From a virus, in the IMG/VR virus record IMGVR_UViG_3300009514_000515, positions 22,576 through 86,575 of that record: a DNA stretch of 64,000 nucleotides. One strand, 5' to 3'. The notes under the pieces were generated by a model. It did no database searches. It was given only the letters and a program-made list of their open reading frames with translations, and had not been told where the DNA came from. The translations under genes were made by a program, and so were the position numbers. Each line of letters opens with the position of its first letter. The first letter of the stretch is position 1. Positions 58,684 to 64,000 of this stretch are shown here, piece after piece.

Positions 58684-59697
58684 TTAGAACAGGGTGCCAT
58701 CGTCGTTGAGGACAACCACGGCCTCGCCCTGGGTGTCACCGACGCCGTCGACGGTGTAGCCCGAGTCGAGGAGCTTGCTCAGGTGCCCCTCATTGACGGA
58801 GAGCACCAGGTACATCCCTTCGACGATGCGACGGACAGGACCGAGAGACGGACCACCCGCGGCACCGACAGCCGGCGAAGCACCGAACACGCCCGAGGAG
58901 TCGATCTCAACACCCGCCGGGATGGTGAACTCGCGTCCGGCCAGCATGTCGAGAAGTTCGGTGAGCTGACCTGCCGAAATGGTGCCCGTCGTCAGGGCGC
59001 CGTTGACCGCAGCCAGGTCGACGTCACCGGCAGCCGTGGTCAGGTCGTCGAAGGCGATGAGAGCCAGGACGTCGTCGGCATTGGTCACGGCCTCCGAGGA
59101 GGTCAGAGCAGACTCGTCGCTACCGCCTTCCAGGGTCGAACCAGAGATGGCCAGCTCGACAGGATCGTTGGTCGCCAGGGTGACGGCATTGCCGAGAGCA
59201 CCCACAGGAACTGCTGTGATGGTCACAACGGCGCCTACGTTGGCTGCCGTGACAAGGGCGGCAAAGCTGTTGGCGCCGTCGTTGATAGCGGCGACAATGT
59301 CAGCGGCCGCAGTAGAGAGGCCAGCAGTGACGTCGAAGTCATCGGAGCCGGGGGTGCGAGCACCGGCAACACCCACAAGGGGTACGCCCCCGATGGTGAT
59401 AGTGTCTCCCGCCCCAGGAGCAGGCCCCACCGTGATGGTTGCCGTTGCCTGGATGGGCGTGTCGTTGCCCACATTGGCGAGGAACCAAGCCTCGATACCC
59501 GTGGCCTCGCGGAACAGGAACGTCGAACCGCCCTGAGTAGCGAGTTGAGGTGTGCTCCTCTGGACAGACTCCAAGTACTTGGTCTGCCACGCAGGGCGGT
59601 AGGAGAAATTGGCCAGGGACGTGTTCGGCTTCAGGTCAAGGACCTGGAGGCGACGACTGGCAGCAGCGTCTGTTCGTTTGACAATGATGTGTGGCAT
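58684..59697 (-). CDS. Putative virion structural protein, paralogous domain to 2414..3244
   Basis: GDTITIGGVPLVGVAGARTPGSDDFDV...DIVAAINDGANSF. AGGAGG RBS. Confidence 0.65.
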   Translation of the reverse strand: MPHIIVKRTDAAASRRLQVLDLKPNTSLANFSYRPAWQTKYLESVQRSTPQLATQGGSTFLFREATGIEAWFLANVGNDTPIQATATITVGPAPGAGDTITIGGVPLVGVAGARTPGSDDFDVTAGLSTAAADIVAAINDGANSFAALVTAANVGAVVTITAVPVGALGNAVTLATNDPVELAISGSTLEGGSDESALTSSEAVTNADDVLALIAFDDLTTAAGDVDLAAVNGALTTGTISAGQLTELLDMLAGREFTIPAGVEIDSSGVFGASPAVGAAGGPSLGPVRRIVEGMYLVLSVNEGHLSKLLDSGYTVDGVGDTQGEAVVVLNDDGTLF

Positions 59698-59748
59698 CGG
59701 GGTCCTCCTGTTGACGATGCGTCCAAACAGGGGAGGACCATAGGAGCC

Positions 59749-60114
59749 CTATTGAGGGGGTGGGAGAGCATCTAGAAGTGCCGTTCTTTTCCTCGTCAAG
59801 GACGTGGCGTAGTAGACCAGAGGAGGCAGGAGGCCCAGGAATAGGACCCCCAAGACCACATTGACGGCGTCGGGTCCCTCGTGTCCCGTCTCGTACACCA
59901 CCATGCCGATGGCCACCACGACCGTGAAAACCAAGAACCAGAGCAGAGAAATGACGGTGAGGAACACCCTCGACTTGCTCCGGACGAACTTCTCCAGTTT
60001 GTCTCGGGGCCACTTCTCCAGGTCAACGGCCCCAACAACCCCCAAGGTGCTGAGCACAACTAGGGACGCAGGTATCTCGATGATGCCGCCACAGATGCAG
60101 CTGATAAATTCCAT
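59749..60114 (-). CDS. Small membrane protein (2-3 TM segments)
   Basis: Long hydrophobic stretches, GGAGG RBS. Confidence 0.65.
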   Translation of the reverse strand: MEFISCICGGIIEIPASLVVLSTLGVVGAVDLEKWPRDKLEKFVRSKSRVFLTVISLLWFLVFTVVVAIGMVVYETGHEGPDAVNVVLGVLFLGLLPPLVYYATSLTRKRTALLDALPPPQ

Positions 60115-60127
60115 GCTCTTACCTCCA

Positions 60128-60200
60128 AGCTGACGGAGGGAATCGAACCCCCAATCTGCTGATTACAAATCAGCTGCTCTGCCAATTGAGCTACGCCAGC
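60128..60200 (-). tRNA. tRNA-Thr(TGT)
   Basis: GCTGGCGTAGCTCAATTGGCAGAGCAGCTGATTTGTAATCAGCAGATTGGGGGTTCGATTCCCTCCGTCAGCT folds as a full cloverleaf. No encoded CCA. Confidence 0.93.
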
Positions 60201-60201
60201 G

Positions 60202-60565
60202 CTAGCCGGGCGGCCAGTCGAACTTTCGTCCCCCAAGGACGTGGACATGTGGGTACGGAACCGTCCCCTCGTCCGTCCTGGTGTTTAGGACCATACGGTA
60301 CGATTCACATCCAAGCTCCTCTGCTTGTCGGGCACCAACCCGAAGCAGACGACCGACCACGACGATGTCGCAGATATCCTTGATAGTCTCCTTCTCCCCC
60401 CACGGGGTCCCCGTCCGAGTCGAGGTAGTCCGGGTCGGGTATCACCAACAAGTGGACGGGTGCTTGAGGATTGGCGTCCCGAATGACGAAACAGAAGGGC
60501 TCCCGATAGAGGACCTCCGCTTGGACATCGCCTCGGGCAATCTTATGGAACACGGTCTCGGCCAT
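60202..60565 (-). pseudogene. HIT (HinT-like) protein with an apparent +1 frameshift in a G6 run (60396-60401)
   Basis: MAETVFHKIARGD...RDANPQAPVHLLVIP and, in the next frame, YRMVLN...VPYPHVHVLGGRKFDWPPG*. Confidence 0.85.
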
Positions 60566-60590
60566 TGTCTCCTCCGGGTCTCCCCTTCGT

Positions 60591-60617
60591 ATACGACAAC
60601 GTACCACGGAGAGGACC
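60591..60617 (-). promoter_or_regulatory. Putative phage promoter GGTCC-N14-TGTCGTAT
   Basis: Fourth copy, upstream of the HIT gene and tRNA-Thr. Confidence 0.7.
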
Positions 60618-60793
60618 CACTAGAGGTCCGGCAGGTCAGGTCCGCCTTCATATCCTCAGTGAGGGGCCAGTACCGGAGACTCCCCAGGAATGTACAGAAT
60701 CGGACGCTGCTGTAGCGTCTCCATCCGTGGAGACACCAGACGGTCACCCACCCCCATTCGCCGTTCATCTGGGGCGACACCACCACAAAATCC

Positions 60794-61513
60794 TCACCCG
60801 AACTCGTCGATGTGGAAGGGAGCCCCCATCAACTTGAGGGCTTCGAGCACCAGCCCGTCCGAGCTGTAGGAGGAGATACGTCGACTGGGTTTGATGAGGT
60901 CGATGATCTTACGAGCCGGGTCGCTCAGGAAGGCCGTGTAGTAGACCCGCTCCTCAGACCCAAGCATCTCCACCCGGGCCAGGGTGTCGTCCTCCCTCAG
61001 GACGACCCGGAACGTGTCACGTCCGCTTACCCCCTCCACGAGAACGCGAGGGCGAAGCTCCACCCCCAACCACTCGAACATCCCCCGGATGGTCTGAGTC
61101 CCCCTGCCCGAAGTCCCTTTCGCCTTCGAGCGAGCGTCTTTGAGAGACGTCTTGGCTCGGGTCAGCTTCGTGGTCAGGGAGTCGACCTCCCGTTCCAACT
61201 CTTTGATCCTGGCTTTGGCTTTCTCATTCGTAGTGCGAAGACCAAGGGCCGTATTCTGGAGCTTCTTGTTGCGGGTCTTGAACTCCCTGGCCTGTTCAAC
61301 CAGAGAATTCATCCGTTCGAGAACGTCCCTAACCTCGGCCAGGTTCCTCTGGGATTCCCCAAGAAGCCTCCCCAACTCCTCGATGCGTTCCTGTCTCGAC
61401 TCGGCGTCGAGCTTCGCCTTCCAGTAGGAACTGAGAGGCTTTCCGTCGGGTCCAATTCCTCGGACTTGCTTTCTTCCGTTGGCGGTGGCGGGCAAACTAC
61501 CCTCCCAGGTCAA
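60794..61513 (-). CDS. Coiled-coil hypothetical protein
   Basis: 239 aa, heptad-rich N-half. Confidence 0.6.
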   Translation of the reverse strand: MTWEGSLPATANGRKQVRGIGPDGKPLSSYWKAKLDAESRQERIEELGRLLGESQRNLAEVRDVLERMNSLVEQAREFKTRNKKLQNTALGLRTTNEKAKARIKELEREVDSLTTKLTRAKTSLKDARSKAKGTSGRGTQTIRGMFEWLGVELRPRVLVEGVSGRDTFRVVLREDDTLARVEMLGSEERVYYTAFLSDPARKIIDLIKPSRRISSYSSDGLVLEALKLMGAPFHIDEFG

Positions 61514-62435
61514 GGCAGTACTTGCGATACTCTCGCTTCGTCTCTTCCCACACCCGAAGAGGGCGGGTCAAGGAGCGAATCGAGGAGAGCACCTTCTTCA
61601 TCTTACGCTTCTTGAACCCGGATTGACCACACATAACGTCCCGATGGTCGGTTCCAGTCTTGAGGTGTGCGTGCCACTCGTGGTGTACCTTCACGCCCGT
61701 GGCCAGTTCTTTCTCATGGCTCACATGAGCTTCTCGGAGGACGTAGGCGGCGACCCTCAGGTTGATGGCCGGGTCGAAGAGGCCGTCGTCACCGTGGATG
61801 GCCCGCCAGTATTTCTTGGTCTCGTACTGGAAGTTTCCTTTCCAGTCCAAGATGGGCTCACCGTCTTTGTCCTTCACCAGAACGGTGACCTCATACTGCT
61901 CGACCTCACCCTTGGCCATGCTGGCGCAGTCTCCCCTGGGCCACCCCTCCTTCTTGCAGTCTCGGCGAGCCTTGAAAACCCACCCCGGCTTGAGCTGGGC
62001 AATACCCTGTTCGCCTCCGGTCTTGTTCAGCGCGTCGGACTCGAAGTCGATGTGTTTGCAGTCACGCTGGACGGAGGTCAGAAAACTGAAGTCCTTGATC
62101 CTGTGGCTGTGTTCGGAGATGACGTACCCGGCCAAATCGTAGGGGTCGATGTCCATCTCTCGGGAGTGGTGCCAGATGAGGGTGGTGAACTCAGGGGGGA
62201 AGCACATCGCGGTGTACAGGTGTACCGCCGCAAAGGTGCCCATGGCCTCCGTCTGGACGAACTCCTTGGCTAGGGCCCCATACGCAGGCTGGGCCACGTC
62301 CTCCAGGAACCGGCCGTCTTTCTCGGATACGGTCGGGGTCGTTCTGGTGTCGGATAGGCGTCCCGCGGGCTCTCCGGCAAACACAGGAGAGCACAGGAGG
62401 ATAACGAGGAAGGTGAGGGTGAGGTTTCGGAACAT
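61497..62435 (-). CDS. Exported lytic transglycosylase (SLT-like)
   Basis: Signal peptide MFRNLTLTFLVILLCSPVFA. YVISEHS, GIAQL and LFDPAINLRVAAYVL resemble SLT motifs I-III. Confidence 0.65.
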   Translation of the reverse strand: MFRNLTLTFLVILLCSPVFAGEPAGRLSDTRTTPTVSEKDGRFLEDVAQPAYGALAKEFVQTEAMGTFAAVHLYTAMCFPPEFTTLIWHHSREMDIDPYDLAGYVISEHSHRIKDFSFLTSVQRDCKHIDFESDALNKTGGEQGIAQLKPGWVFKARRDCKKEGWPRGDCASMAKGEVEQYEVTVLVKDKDGEPILDWKGNFQYETKKYWRAIHGDDGLFDPAINLRVAAYVLREAHVSHEKELATGVKVHHEWHAHLKTGTDHRDVMCGQSGFKKRKMKKVLSSIRSLTRPLRVWEETKREYRKYCLDLGG

Positions 62436-62536
62436 GGTGACATCCCTGATGGTCGTCTGCGACCCGCAGACGGAGGCCCTGGATTCCTGCCAGGGTTATG
62501 CAAGGGCGCCAGTCCTACGAAAAAGGACCCCAAATG

Positions 62537-62764
62537 TCAACTCTCGTCGATCTCCACGGGGTGTCCGTAGAGGTCGATGGCCGTCCATCCTTCAGGAAGG
62601 CTCCCTTGCCGAGCCTTACGCACCTCGTCGAGGGCCCCCCTCGCATCCTCGTCGATCTTCTCCTCCAGTCTGGTGACCACCCAACCGTCCAACTTGAAGT
62701 CCTCGGGCTTGGTGTCCAACAGGTCCCTGTGGGCGATATGGCGGCGGATGAACTTCTCTTTCAT
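62537..62764 (-). CDS. Small hypothetical protein
   Basis: Part of a run of short, closely packed ORFs. Confidence 0.5.
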   Translation of the reverse strand: MKEKFIRRHIAHRDLLDTKPEDFKLDGWVVTRLEEKIDEDARGALDEVRKARQGSLPEGWTAIDLYGHPVEIDES

Positions 62765-62768
62765 GGCC

Positions 62769-63032
62769 TCAGAACCGACCACTTAGTTCGAGTTCCTTGA
62801 GAGCTACAAGGAGGTCCTTCAGCCGGCTGATCTCCTCTCCCGCCAGGGATGAGGACTCAGTGCTGCTCTCGGCCTCAACCAGAGCCAGGACGCGCTTCTG
62901 TTGTAGCTTGCAGACAGCCCGAAGCATGCCCTCTGCGTCGGTTTTGAGGGAGGTTCCGTTGTGGGTGTAGGTGTCGAAGTCGACGGTAAACTTCTGGGCG
63001 CCCGCTTGGCGGATTTCTATCGGTGATGCCAT
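62769..63032 (-). CDS. Small hypothetical protein
   Basis: AGGAG RBS, packed. Confidence 0.55.
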   Translation of the reverse strand: MASPIEIRQAGAQKFTVDFDTYTHNGTSLKTDAEGMLRAVCKLQQKRVLALVEAESSTESSSLAGEEISRLKDLLVALKELELSGRF

Positions 63033-63035
63033 CGA

Positions 63036-63284
63036 TTACTCCTGGGGTTCGGACAGGCTGTTTGCGAGGTAGGTCCGCCGGTGCCGCCAGCGGGAGGACT
63101 TCTGGCGCTTCTCCAGGGACCACACGTCGATGACGGTGTCGTACTTCCCTGGATGCTCCTTCTGGAGTTCCCTCCATCTTCCGAAGGCCTCGACAAGGTC
63201 CTCGGCGTCAACGACGAACTCAGCGTGCCCCTCACCAGGGACGGGCCAGTGGCGGAATAGGAAACGGGTAGGGTTCTCAGTCAC
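63036..63284 (-). CDS. Small hypothetical protein
   Basis: Packed between its neighbours. Confidence 0.5.
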   Translation of the reverse strand: MTENPTRFLFRHWPVPGEGHAEFVVDAEDLVEAFGRWRELQKEHPGKYDTVIDVWSLEKRQKSSRWRHRRTYLANSLSEPQE

Positions 63285-63288
63285 GGCC

Positions 63289-63564
63289 CTATCTCGTACT
63301 CACGACTTCGAGAACCGAGTCGTAGACCTCATCACACAGGTACTCCAACTCGGGTCTGTTTGCGCTCACGTGAATGTCGACAACGTCATCGACGGTCAGA
63401 ATGAGGTTCAGACGACCGTCACGGTCGACGCTGAAGGGGACTGTGCCCCGGCTGTAGTCGTTGACCACAAGTTCAATCTCGTCAGAGTGGACGAAGGCTT
63501 GGCAGGTGTAGCGATGCTGGACTGGGGTGGCTGGGAACGGTTCCATGACGACTCCTTCCATCAA
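63289..63564 (-). CDS. Small hypothetical protein
   Basis: Packed. Exact start uncertain. Confidence 0.5.
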   Translation of the reverse strand: MMEGVVMEPFPATPVQHRYTCQAFVHSDEIELVVNDYSRGTVPFSVDRDGRLNLILTVDDVVDIHVSANRPELEYLCDEVYDSVLEVVSTR

Positions 63565-63607
63565 TGGGGAGCCATCACCTTACCACGCCTACCTGGGATG
63601 TTGAGGA

Positions 63608-63680
63608 CGCCCTCGGCAGGATTCAAACCTGCGACACGACGGGCTAGAACCGCCTGCTCTTATCGCTGAGCTACTCGTGA
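63608..63680 (-). tRNA. Degenerate tRNA with CTA (amber) anticodon, acceptor stem broken
   Basis: D stem GCTC/GAGC, anticodon stem GGCGG/CCGTC with loop TTCTAGC, T stem GCAGG/CCTGC. The acceptor stem pairs at only 3 of 7 positions. Confidence 0.6.
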
Positions 63681-63690
63681 AAAGTCGACT

Positions 63691-63798
63691 CTAGGGCCGC
63701 TCCTCTTGCCAGATGTACTCCTGGGAGAGTTGCCTAGCCTGTTCTTTCTGCTCCTTGGAGAAGGAGTCGAAGAGGGCGCGGACCTGGTCGTAGGGCGA
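63691..63798 (-). pseudogene. 3' end of a gene interrupted by the TnpB element
   Basis: PYDQVRALFDSFSKEQKEQARQLSQEYIWQEERP* begins right at the element end with no start codon. Confidence 0.45.
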
Positions 63799-64000
63799 CC
63801 GTTCTCCGAAACTTATGAAAACCTAGGTGCTGGTGCATCTAGATCTCCTATTCGGTTCCTGCTTCATCGAGGTCGCCATCAGGTGAGCAAGCTCTCCTGG
63901 TGGTCTTACGTCCTCTCCACAGGCTGACACCGCCGAACTGGCGGCCAACTGCTTCAAATTGATTGCGGCGTTCAGGTCTCGATCTAGTTTGAGACCGCAC
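63799..64000 (-). mobile_element. tnpB: Right end of an IS607-like TnpB element (tnpB 3' end, stop at 63823; runs off the window)
   Basis: CGLKLDRDLNAAINLKQLAASSAVSACGE...SMKQE is a typical TnpB C-terminus. The element ends ...TAAGTTTCGGAGAACGG. Confidence 0.85.

Noticed and set aside
2414-59697. Diversity-generating retroelement template/variable pair
   Set aside because: Differences are spread over synonymous positions rather than adenine-specific, and there is no reverse transcriptase in the window.
62516-62529. Fifth GGTCC...CGTA promoter copy upstream of the SLT gene
   Set aside because: Spacing is far shorter than in the four real copies. At best it is a deleted remnant.
1-64000. Genome-wide stop-codon reassignment suggested by the CUA tRNA
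   Set aside because: Conserved genes are full length under the standard code, and TAG, TGA and TAA all terminate genes at expected ends.

Overview
This GC-rich, densely coding segment almost certainly comes from a large (jumbo-type) tailed phage or related element. Nearly all real genes lie on the - strand, and most + strand ORFs in the track are antisense shadows. Layout: (1) 1-17.4 kb is a packaging/virion block (terminase large subunit running off the window, probable small subunit, Dps-like and Cys-rich proteins, a beta-helix spike). One gene in it is split by a ~5.2 kb patchwork of bacterial defence-island DNA in which only a type III Mod methyltransferase is intact. (2) 17.5-42 kb is a transcription/replication/recombination block: sigma-like protein, wHTH-NusG fusion, DnaX, HolA, HolB, DnaN, Toprim primase, split SbcC plus SbcD, RecA, RuvC, SSB, RecD2 and class II RNR, the last with an IS in its final codons. 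(3) A non-coding region with a 10-bp tandem array sits at ~42.9 kb. (4) 43.5-64 kb holds a wHTH/sigma-like regulator, an intein-containing SNF2 helicase, a C39 peptidase multi-module protein, HU, GroEL, a rearranged methyltransferase, tRNA-Thr, HIT, a lytic transglycosylase, a broken amber-anticodon tRNA and two TnpB elements. The most notable unannotated structure: two bipartite intergenic motifs (GGTCC-N14-TGTCGTAY before replication-type genes; YTAT-N11/13-RTAG before virion-type genes), suggesting a phage sigma cascade, and a short A-x-[RK]-V-A-x-R-[YWH] peptide shared by unrelated virion-type proteins. All calls come from motif recognition by eye; no searches were run.
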